In this document: in pieces, positions 38,294-49,804 of the stretch
Layout: every line of letters starts with the position of its first letter
Numbering within the stretch: the stretch's first letter is position 1
Origin: Nymphaea colorata
Taxonomy: Eukaryota
DNA length: 64,000 nt
Direction of reading: 5' to 3'
NCBI RefSeq assembly: GCF_008831285.2
Contig: NC_045138.2
Span: 40,238,001-40,302,000, forward strand
Notes under the pieces: model-generated
Told to the model about the DNA's origin: nothing
Seen by the model: the letters and a program-made list of their open reading frames with translations, nothing else
Databases searched by the model: none
Made by a program: the position numbers and the translations under genes

Positions 38294-40216
38294 TTATTGG
38301 TGACTTCTTCTATATCTGATTTGTCGATAGCAAATTCGGAAAAATATGATACACCCTAGAAGCATCACTTCCAGTAAAACCATCACTTTCAGCCCTGTAA
38401 CAATGAAAATGATTTGAGCATTGTAAACAATTCACCATGTCAAATAAGGAAGAGTATTATCAAAGAGCAGCACCTTCAAATTTGTGAACAATGTCATCTT
38501 TGTTCACTTGCTGTCTGTCATCTAAAATATCCAAATTCACCAACTCCGTTTGTTGTACTTTGTCTTGTGATATTTCAATCTGAATGGCCCCATTGTTTAT
38601 GCATGTGTATGGACAAATAACTTTTCCATCATTCTCGTCAGTTCCATCACAGCAATCTGTTCATTCCTCACTTCTTTTAATAACAACTGAAATTTTACCT
38701 ATCATAAAAATTTTACAGAATCTAGAACTCACAGATCATGTTGATGGACAAGCTAATATTAACATAAGTAATCTTTCCAAGCAAAAGATTTTGTTGACCA
38801 ACCGCAGATATGATCATTCACTCGGGAAGAGAACAGCAGAATAGGTGTGCTTCCCACGTTTCTACAATAAAATTTGCTCTCTGGGCAGGATGATGTTCCT
38901 GCAAAGAAATGCACCAAGGTCATAAAGCAATCGTCTGAATCTCCAATAGGGAGATTTGAGGTGTTTTCCAGATGATCGGATGGTGAACACATGTATATAT
39001 ATCATTTGTTATCAGGCGCTGTAAGGCTTAGCATCAAAGCCATTTGAACTGAAGATCACTCATTAGTGCTATTTTTCAAGTCCCAGCTAGATGCATTCAT
39101 CTACCATGGAAATATTACCGAACAAAACTTGCTCAAACACGATACACCGCTTAAGTTTATAATTTATAGCCCCAGATACAAGAAGGATGCTACGCTTCAA
39201 GAGACATAGCTATGGTGACAAATACTGACTTTACTTTTTCCTTCGGAATATTTGTCTGTTAGCATCCAAATAGCAGAAGCAATCCAGTTACTTTGTTCCA
39301 TTAATTTGTCTGTCCTGTACCCAGGGGGCTGTATGCTATGCCCTTCTTGGATAGATAAGACATATCGAGATAGTTGGGAAGAACGAGGAACTTGTAATTC
39401 GAAGTGCAGTAGGCGAATTATTGTATAACAAGTAAAAGTCTCGAAACCTGTTGCTGTTGATTCTTTGTTCTTCTCCTATAACCTTGTTATGTCTCAAAGC
39501 AGGATCAATCGACTTCCTTGCTACTCGTCAGGGATTAAACCATATATCAAAAGTTTAGCGGCATCTTTTACCGGGTGAGACTTGATCCGGGTTGTTCATG
39601 TATAAAGATATGAAATCAGGTTTCTTGGTCCGGCCTAGCATGGTATTGACGTAAGCAATCTACTTATGATGAAAGGCCAGACTACATAGATGAATAGTAT
39701 TATTAAGGAAAAAAATGATTGCAGGAACACATGATCCCGCAGAAGGCAAACGGGCAGAGTTTTTTCTAGTACTGACTAGTGACTACAGGGAGTGCCATAA
39801 ATTAGAAAATTTTGAAGAACCATTCTCCAGATTTTATCAACTAAGCTCGTTAGTCACTTGCCAGCCAACAAAATGATGAAAAGAAAGACTAAAGCAAGAT
39901 ATTGTGGACTAAGAAATAGAACCAGGTTCATCTGTGCCATCTGAACAGTCGCAGAAGCCATCATTCAGTCTCTCCCTTGGGAAGAACTTTGACCCATCTC
40001 TGCAACGGATCTCCGGAGATGAAAAATACACTTCATCTGAAAGACACGCAAAGACGTCAAAAAGACTCATGTGTCAGAGAGAGAGGGAGAGAGAGAGATC
40101 GGAACACCTTCGGGAGAGATTCCAAGAAATGGGGAGGTAGATCTCCGAGAGAATGCGGATTTGAGAAGGAATAGAAGACAAACTAAGCTCAGTGAGTTCT
40201 GGATCGAGGACTTCAT
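38294..40216 (-). CDS. Glucosidase II beta-subunit-like (PRKCSH-like / G2B domain) short protein, 200 aa. Exons 40216-40108, 40036-39923, 38898-38803, 38656-38474, 38394-38294
   Basis: Signal peptide then [68 protein letters not shown], the N-terminal G2B domain. C-terminal hydrophobic helix plus basic tail. Exon lengths 109+114+96+183+101=603 nt, all GT-AG. Confidence 0.93.
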
Positions 40217-41211
40217 TCCGGGATTCAGGGGAGGCGGCCCTCCCTTTCTGTAACGGTGAAAGCCTAACAAACAGCAGATAAGGGATCAAGTTTTCCTGAG
40301 AAAATTGGAGGACTTGAGCGATGACAAGTCAAATTGACCGAGAGAGCTTCTCGGTTGCTGGTAGCCTGGTTCCGTCACTTCTGTAGCATGACTCAAGTGC
40401 CCAACCCGGAATCCCTTGGACGATTTCAGGATTCTTGTCATCAAGAGTTCCCCAACCGTGATAACAACTCACAGTTCCAAATTGAGATCAGACTGACGGG
40501 AAAAGTTAAACCCTGAAACCGACGCACCTTATACACATCGAGTTATGTACCTATAACCTGCAAAGAGGGAGGAGCGAGACACCATGATTATTCGAAGGAC
40601 AATCTTCAGCAGCTCTACAATGCCGACTCTCAACCGCTTTATTAATGATATTTAACGGAAACTTCGCAAAATACATGTCTAATTTTTCATGGTATCGTAG
40701 AAAGCCTTAAAGTTTCATTTCAACCAACAGAATCATTGGCTACGGTTTGTCAATGTCACCTTTTTGCTTAGTAAATCATCAAGAGTCTGTTTGGTAATAA
40801 GAACAGTTTAAAAAAAATCATAAATACTACCTAATATGAAATAAATTTAGTCTGATATTTAAAACAAATTTATGAAGCAGTAACAAATTATCATTATTGC
40901 CAAATAGTATCTGGGAGCTACTTTAACCATACAAAGTGTGGTAGAAAACGTTTCAGCAAGATATATGGTTGAAAACATAGAGCGTGATCATTTTGAACAT
41001 GCTTTTTTTTATGTATTAGCTGTTTTTATCTTACCCTCTTCAAAAAATATGACTTTGAAAATGGCAAGACATGACGTTTGCCGAACCCGGGCCAAAAAGA
41101 TGAGACTTTTTATAAGACTTTTATTTAATTCTTATAAGTAAATATATGATACAAATTCATATTGTTTGTTATATGCTATAACCATTTGTCATCGTGGCAT
41201 TCCACCATCAA

Positions 41212-41241
41212 AATACGAATATATATATATATATTCGTATT
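41212..41241. repeat. Perfect 30-bp palindrome centred on (AT)n
   Basis: AATACGAAT-(AT)6-ATTCGTATT. Confidence 0.9.
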
Positions 41242-41869
41242 AACATCGTTTTGCATATAGAAAACCTAATGTTTGGCGTAATAATGAGGTAGAAAGGCAT
41301 AAACGAATTATCTGAGATAGAAAGGAACAGATGGGTGATTCACGTGCGGTTTGAGTTAAGGAGAAACAGACATGTACTTCAACCAACTTTCAGTAAAAAG
41401 CATGGTTATATTGCATTTTTATGTAAATTATATGAAGCAAGGAGAGCAGCGTTGATAATTATCGAGCCTTACTCCTCGCCAATACGATGCATAGCCGATG
41501 CGAGTATAATATTTTCTTTTTTCTTTTTCATTTTTGTAAATCAATTAAAATACATACAATTTTAAGTTTTGTTGTCGAACTTTACCACACCTCATTTTTT
41601 GATACATTCAATAATTCCAATCCTTCAACAGCTTCGTACATAAGATAGACATCAAAAAGACGGTGTCAACCAAACGAAGCAGCCCGAATCTATAACGAGC
41701 CAAAATTACAACCCAACCCAAACAGAGACCATACATAAATTCCAATTTGCGTAAGATTGATTGTAAAAAAATTTGGCACTACACCTCAGGTTACCGCAAT
41801 TGTAAATGACTTATAGGGTCCTAAACTTCAAGCAAAGTTCAACTTGTATTTTTTTTTTTATTTGAAGTT

Positions 41870-42106
41870 CTTTGGTTAATAGCCTCCCTTTATAAGTCAT
41901 TGATGATCCCTCACAATCTTTCCGAGTATTGAACCGGCTCTAACTCTGAATACTACTGTAACAACTCATCCTGCACCCTACCAGTTTTCATTCCAACCCC
42001 AAAAGGATAAGAACCAAGATAATCATCACATTAATGACCTCCCTTTATAAGTCTTTGAAGATCCCTTAAAATATTAGATACAGAACTAAACTTCTGGGGT
42101 GTTACA
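41870..42106 (-). mobile_element. TRIM-like remnant (partial LTR, short internal region, LTR)
   Basis: TGTAAC...GTTACA unit at 41957-42106, preceded on + by ACTCTGAATACTA (resembles the reverse complement of the tRNA-Met PBS). A partial second copy (CCTCCCTTTATAAGTC..TGA.GATCCCT) lies at 41883-41911. Confidence 0.6.
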
Positions 42107-43858
42107 TACTCTCTCTCTCTCTCTCTCTCTTTTCCACCTTATATCATAATGACACTTGATTGTCTTTGATCTACTTTGTTCTAATTAGCTATTCAGAATT
42201 TGAGATCCGTGAAGTTAGTATGCACCAGACACCGCCCCTCTAATCTTTCATCAGTTATTTTGCCAATGCAACAAAGTGAAATGAGGAACTCAGGTGTGGA
42301 TTTAAGTCTGACCTAAGACCTACAATTTATTCAAACATAAATTTAATATGAATCTTTGGCGCCATTGACAAAAGCATACTGAATCAGATTCATGGATCTC
42401 AAACCTGAGGTGATCAAACAACTCCTTAGGAAATTAGGGAGCATGCATAAAAAGAACTACCACACTGCAACACAACTCAGTTTTAGGGTATAAGATCTCT
42501 TTGAAATGTGATCAAACTTATAATTACATATGTTCCTATTTTTGGAGGATAGTGGAGATCAAGCGACATAATAGAATAACCATAAACTGAATCCCCAGCT
42601 AGTTTGGAACCTTTGACATTCTCATCTTCATAAATCATACTGCAGCCACCCCAGACCATTTGATTGTGACGCAGTTGCTAGTATTTTGCTTGATTGACTT
42701 GTGTTATATAGAAAATAAGCAGTTCCAACGCATTTGATTTGGGACACCCATCCACAACTTAAAACTGGGGGAAGCTCCACGCCAGTTGAGTCATAGAATC
42801 GGATTTCATGAGGTGTATATATATATATAAATATATCCATGCCAGTTTAAGACTCAATTTTCTTCCAAGAATGAATTTAGTTTCAAGGTAAAATCCTTGC
42901 CTGAAACCCTATCTTAGGGATATGGTTCATGTTCTTGAAAGCTGTGTTTCATAAATATTTACACACGGATGAAGATATGGATACAGCTACCCATCTGCCA
43001 TTTATATATAACTGTAAACGTACGCTGCATGGGCACTCTTAGCAGATCAGTAAAAGATGAGCCCGTTTAACAATCGTTTTTAGCTTTGCAATATGAATAA
43101 ATGTAATTAGTCGTTGAGAATATAATTTATAGTTTGAATAAATTAATTTTTAAATGTATACATTTCATGGTAAAATGTATGGAACACTTGTTTGTAGGTG
43201 GGATAAACTATTTGCCAGGAAAATTAAACCTCCTGATATTCTTTTAAAGGAGTCAAGATTTTACTTATATAACAATATAAACAATGCACAACGGTCATCA
43301 GGTAAATAGAACTAACGTAACAGAGGAGTTCCGCCAAAAAAAAAAAAGTACTGGGAGAACAAAAGCGAAGATAAATTTGGTATTACGGAACTACGCAATA
43401 ATTTGAAAATTATAAGTACTCGTTACCAGTTATTCTGAGCAATGTTATTATGATAAAATTTGCGTAATTTGGTAATACATGTCTTGGAGCAAAAACATTA
43501 GATATTCTTGTTGCAAATTTGCAACAAATCAGTCTAAGCTTGGAGCAAAAACATTTGATATTCTTATGGCAACAAAGACAGATTACATTCTTGATCAATT
43601 TTTAAGGTCTGAAGTCCATCTCCATGCCCAGGTCAATGGAAGTTTATACCACTGTAGCACAACGGGAGACAATTCATAAGTTCAAATTTCAGGACAAGAC
43701 GAGTGCAGCTAGCTATTTGAATACCTGCATGTCAAGTCTCTGTGTGCATAAAAAAATTCTCTCTCTCAGCCGCGTCTACTGTCTAAGGAGAAACCAAATA
43801 TTTCAACCAAGTTCATGGCCTCTTCTATTTCACAGGAGTCCGAACAACGAGATCTCTT

Positions 43859-43911
<53 letters not shown>

Positions 43912-44280
43912 ACTCAACCAAACAACTGCATCCAATTTGAGAGTTTTTCGAACGCTTAATTTCAGGGATACGTAACTAGCTAACTAACGAAATTTGCAAT
44001 TTCCTGCATGGTGTTTACCAGAAATTGCATATTTGAGGAATCATCATATGATCAAGAAAGAGAACCATTAAGATAAAAACTAGTATTCATGCAATCCAAC
44101 GATGTAATTCAAGTGCCAGGACTGCCCAACACACGAAAGGGGATCTAAAATTTCACCTTACAAAAGTGACACCAAATGAGGAAATAGAAGCAAAATGAGA
44201 AACAGAAAGGAGATCAAAGCGCTGCACTACCACTAACTGATGAGCTCCACAGTTCACGTTAAGTCAGCATCTATATATAC

Positions 44281-46066
44281 TTATACCTGCATTAATGAGG
44301 GGAAGTCAATAACTAGGAAAGGAACGGCGAAAGAAATCATAATGATTGAAACTTCTTCTTTTTTTTCTGAAGAGAAAAAAATGGATCTAAACACGAGTTA
44401 TCTTCTTCAAGAACCAGAACTGTCTGTCTCTCTATCACTCTCTCTCTGTGCCCTCTGTAAGATTAAGAGAAATACATACCAGGTAGTAGAAAGCGCCATT
44501 TTGCAACGGCTGCAATGTGACACCAAATTCATCAGTCATCACCGGCTGTCCGGAGGAATGAAGCAGCACAGCTTCCTCCCCAAAAGCTTCCCTTACATTT
44601 ACAGGCATCGGCGCCACTTCGAATGCAAGATCATTAATAAACACCGTCAGTCTTGCAGAGCTGGAGGCAGAACCGCCCAAATCTGGAATACCCACAAACA
44701 TCAAAGGCATGCATCAATCCTGAAAACCATGAAATCAAGTTGCTTATTTTTCTCAGCTCTGTCTCTCTTTTACCTTGCAGTAATGGAGCAATGGCGTAAT
44801 TCTGGTGAGGGCTTCCTACAACAACATTCAGCCTTTCGTCCTGTTTCAGCTGCTCATGGAGTTGCACCATGCTTGATAATTCAGAAAGAGAAGAGGGCGC
44901 AGAGAGGGAGGGAAATGGAGCACTGTTCTGAAAAAAGAAGGATCGTGGGTCGTGAAGAGGGAATTGGTGCAGTGCTGGTTGGTAAAATCCGGCTTGATTA
45001 ACGGAAGCAGTAGGAGTGGATGGAGAATTAACAGACTCCATGGCGTTAAGGTATGCACTTGATGACGTCCTTTCAGAGGAAGAGGATGAATTGGTGGTGG
45101 TGGTGGTGGTGGTGGTGACGGTGGCGGTGTTGGTAGTGGTGGCCGCTGTAGCGGCTGCAGTAGCAGTTGCAGTGATGGTGTTCATTTGAGGTGGTGGTGT
45201 TGCAGCCATAGAAGTGCTGGTGGGGGTTGAGAGATGAGTTTTTCCTGAAAGATGGCGCTGTTTGTGTTTGCTTCTGGACTTGCGATTTTGGAACCAGTAG
45301 AAAACATTGGCGTCACCTACTTGACCATACTCTTGCAGCTGAGCTCTGATCTTCCTTATCTCATCCCTTGGTGGATTTACCATTCCAGAGTTGAAGATGG
45401 CCTCCAGTATCCTTATCTGCTCTGGCTTCGGGTTCCATCTGGGTTTTGGCTCTGGGCTTCTTTCTTCACCTCCCACTGAGTGAAATATTTCAAGACATGT
45501 AAGATTACTTGTTCTTTTGTCATGTCAATGTTCCATAACACTAGGATGGAAATGGTACTGATGAAATGTCCACTGTGACAGAAGTATGGGTTTCATGCAA
45601 TATTTTTACGATTACACTTTCATTTTACGGGAACGAATCTAGGCATTTCGCCACCGTCTTCATCTTGCCAGAGAGCGAGAGGAAGAGAGAGCAGAGAGAG
45701 AGCGAGGGCATGAATTTCTCAAAAATTTGTAACCATATGCACCAAGATTAGACAACCTTTATATTCATTCTCAAAGGTCATTTCAAGAACCCCCCCATCT
45801 GTCTCTCTCTATATCACTCTCTCTCTCTCTCTCTCTACATCAATCAGTGGGTCTGAGGATTCATGAATGATTGTGGACATATCTGATGACCCAAAAGGTA
45901 AGAAAGGAGAGAATAGCAGGAGAGACAGAAGAAAGAAATGATGAGTACCTGATGAATAGGGTTGCTTCTGGCAAGCCGAAATTATGTCATGCTGCCACTG
46001 GTGATGATGCGAGTTGCAGGGCTTAGACTTGAACATGCTGGGCCAGTGCCTGTTCGAAGAAGCCAT
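44281..46066 (-). CDS. WOX9: WUSCHEL-related homeobox protein, intermediate clade (WOX8/9). Exons 46066-45949, 45475-44774, 44682-44480 and probable terminal 44286-44281
   Basis: N-terminus [17 protein letters not shown]; homeodomain [66 protein letters not shown]-terminal domain TVFIND..FEV...[42 protein letters not shown]. The last exon is less certain (unspliced read-through stops at 44435). Confidence 0.95.
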
Positions 46067-49000
46067 GATGATGACCAACTGTGAGAGGAAGCTGAAAGAG
46101 AGGCTGAATCCTCCCAGAAATCACAGTTTTCTTTTAGCTTCTGCTTCTTGTGCACTCCAGCGGCAACCACCATAAAACCTCCTCTTATAGCTCTCACCTA
46201 CCCTGTGAACAGAGAACCAATTCCATTCTAATAAATAAGTCATGCCCTTTCTCATCTTTCAAAGAACATCCATTAATTTAAATGTGACAAAGGCGAATGC
46301 TCAGTAATAAAAATCAAACAGAATTAGAAAAAAAGGATATGAGAACAGACTATCCCCTTTGAGGCCTCCCATCCTTTCTTCCCTCCTTACTCTACTGTGC
46401 ATTAAATCCCAAACTTTACTTCTCTCAACTCAAAGTACAATAATTTTCCCTTGTGCTATCAGCAGAGTTTCTGGTGAAAACCCGACATGATTGTGCTTAT
46501 ATAGAACAGGTTTTGAATTTTCTTTTTGATGAACAGGGGGAAGATGAGGACTTCTCTCTTTTATATTGTACTCTGAACATGGCAGAAAGTAAAGAATCTC
46601 TCTCTCTCTCTCTCTCGTTTTGCTTTTTATGGACTGAAGTTGGAGGGGTGTCATTAATGAATAGTGAAAGAGGAGCTATAACTGCTAGGATTATTCTAAT
46701 GGATGAAGTTGTTGCAGGAGTAAATATAGGGTGTTTGAAAGTCAAGAAAGGTGAACGGAGGTGGCATTTGATTGGAGAGGCAGTAATTGCGATCTTGGAC
46801 TATCTTGGGCAATCGAAGGGACCGACTTGAGCGTCAAAAGAAAAAGGTAATCGTGTCCCTCAGTTCTTCCCAATTTCGTTACAACATCATAAACCCGGTG
46901 AAAATTCTATCCCAATTGCAAATAACCCACGTCTAAGACGCATTCTAACAGATATACAAATAAATCAAAGACTCTGATCCACAAACTAACTTATGACTGC
47001 TAGATCATGGTTTATGATGATATATAGAGGCTCAGCATCGTTTGATTTGGGAGACAAACAATATTTTGATTGTAGCAGCGACCAGTTGCTACGGCCATCA
47101 GTAACACAACACAGCTACCATTGCTGCCCTGCTAAAATCTGTTGTGCAATATGCATGCTTATGCATTAAGGTTTTCATGACCGTTGTCTTTAGAATGAGA
47201 TTTACAGGGAATTCGCCCGATCAGAGGAAATTCAATCTCATATGAAAAGAAGATTTTTTACTGAAAATAAGCAAATTAAATATTATCGTTCAGTTTTTTA
47301 ACATCTAAACGATATTACCTTGGAAAGTGTACGTTTCATATTAGATTTTTTTCCGTCATTTTGGTACTGTGATAATCTTTTTCTCTCTGACCCGATTTCT
47401 CCTACTAACTTTCCAGGTCAAGAAGATTGGCAAACCAGTCCTGGTGCCAGACCCCAGATTGCGGAGGAAGGAAGAAAAAATGCGTAGGTTAGATTTGCAG
47501 CCATCACTTTAGGAATCCAGAGAGACAAAGGTTGCTCCACTTGTACGAGCATGAACGGGTGGTGATGGCTGAGGTAACTATACGGCATCCGTCGGGCCAG
47601 GTTGCTAGGTTTTATACACATATACATGTTTGCTGTCTATATCTGGATCTTAACGTATGCACACGCACACATGCACATGTTCATGGTAGTTCGTTCATCT
47701 ATCTTTTGTTTTGAATCGGTAGAGGGGAAAAACATAGATTATTAAGTCTTCCAATTTCAGGAAACTAATTCCCCACCAGCTACCAGTTATGAATTCATTG
47801 GTTTCACTTAGATTTGCTCTTTGGACGTCTAAAACCAACGAGGGTATGGCCCTGCTTTTCTCATTCGAGAGAGAGAGAGAGAGAGAGCACGTAGTTTGGT
47901 GTTGATGCTGGTTAGCCTTTGCAACATTGCAAGCAAGTGCCTGCAGCTCGTTCAGAGAGATCGAAGATAAAGAAAGAGGTGCAATTCCCCATGCCAAGTT
48001 TTTTAAAAAAAAGGAAGAGCTTGATGGATGGTGGTTGGGGCGTCTAAGTTGTGTCGGTGCGATCCCGACACGCCATGCATGCATGCATCCTCTCGTACCA
48101 TTCCAATCTCTCTCTGTCCTCAATTACTGCGCATGTATTCGACTTCTTATTGGATAGACATGGCCTGGTTCACCTGTGACTTCTGGGAGACACTAGATCT
48201 CTCTCCATGGCCGGTTCAAGAACTGCAATATGAAGTGCGCTACAGCTTCCTCTTTTCCTGTTAATTCCATCAATTAGATCTTCAAATTTCGATTTCCCCT
48301 GGGCTTCAGGGCAGGGATGAACATTTGATTTGTCATAAATTTTGTTGCTTCTACTTTTCTACAAATGATAAGCGATGAAATTGGTAGATACCCTCGACGA
48401 TGATCAATACAGTGATCAGACAAAGAACAAAAGAGGAGCCATTTGATTCATGTGACTACCTTCCGGGGCACCAATTAGAGAATAATATCTTGTGAGCATC
48501 TATAATCGGCAAGGAGTAACTGGAAGATTGACTGCATCCTGTGATCCATCCCATGCAAGCACTTCAATTAAAGAACAGTCTCTCACAATGGTGAAAGACT
48601 AATTTATAAGCGCAATGGCCGATCACCATATGTATACTACTGTGCGTCACTTGGATTGATCAGTTCAACCACTTGGGTCGAGTAAACCGATAGTAATGCC
48701 AAATGATGCTCAGGATCATGTTGATGTACCATAATGTGTTGTAGTTCTCAGCAGTAACCCTAAGTGAGCCCTTGGTGATCTGGAGAAATTATCCTGGATG
48801 CCCTAAGTTTATAAATAACTTCTCAATCACTACAGATCTGGTGAAACTCGTCTCATTGCAAATGAATTCTGCAGCATTGAACTCTTGACGCCATGCAACT
48901 TGTACGCTTTCAAAGGCAAAACCATGCAAGCATATACAACGGGCCTGTGTGGGCTAAGTAAACGCTAGCAATTAAGAGTGGAGACATAAAAACTTGTGAA

Positions 49001-49763
49001 AGCAAGCATTCTTCTGAAAGACGCAGCAAAGAAGCTACCTCAAAAGCAGGGTGCAAAGAAAGTAAAGGAATCCTTAATTGGAGACATAAGTTACTAATGG
49101 CATTCCTTCCCCTTGACTCCCATGACAGAAATGCTCCCCTTCTCTCTCTCTCCCTCTCTCTCAGTGATCTCTCTCCTGCCACATGGGTCCTCGTGCTTTC
49201 TCTTCATGAATGCTCCCAGTGTACCATCCAAGAACTCATTTAAATTTCCAAAGCTGAAAACTTTAGGTTACAGCACCAATGTAATTAAAGGCAGGAGTAT
49301 ATATATTTAAAAAAAGTGGAAGGCCGAAATGGCCCAGTAGATCTTGGCGAGCATCTACAATTAAATAAGCTCACATGACACTGTGAAACTAAAAGGGAGT
49401 TACGTCGCATGGTAATCATGCGGAGCTTAGTAAAGAATGCCTTACATGAACACATTTTTTTATCCTTTGACTCTGACAAGCATTGGTTATGTTGCTTGAT
49501 CCACGAACGCGACTACTTACCTGCCTTCCACTTCTTCCTTTCCAATCCCTCTCCCTCTCTTGCTCTTTTATATATATATACATATATTTATATACAAAAG
49601 AGGGAGAGAGAAGAAGAGGGAGAGGATAAGGATACTGGCTTATCTCTCTCTCCCCCTCTCTCTTAATGAGCGACGATCTAGCGGCCTAGTAACCGGCAAA
49701 TGTGCCGCTAAATTACTGGGGGCATGTCAGTTAGTTTGTGGCTACATCGATTTCCATGTAAAT

Positions 49764-49804
<41 letters not shown>

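Noticed and set aside
44240..45001. 253-aa plus-strand ORF
   Set aside because: Antisense to WOX9 exons 2-3, crosses a CT microsatellite and has no recognisable domain.
47866..47892. GAGAGAGAGCACG resembling the 3' end of miR535/miR156
   Set aside because: Explained by a (GA)n tract; the 5' TGACA seed and a hairpin are absent.
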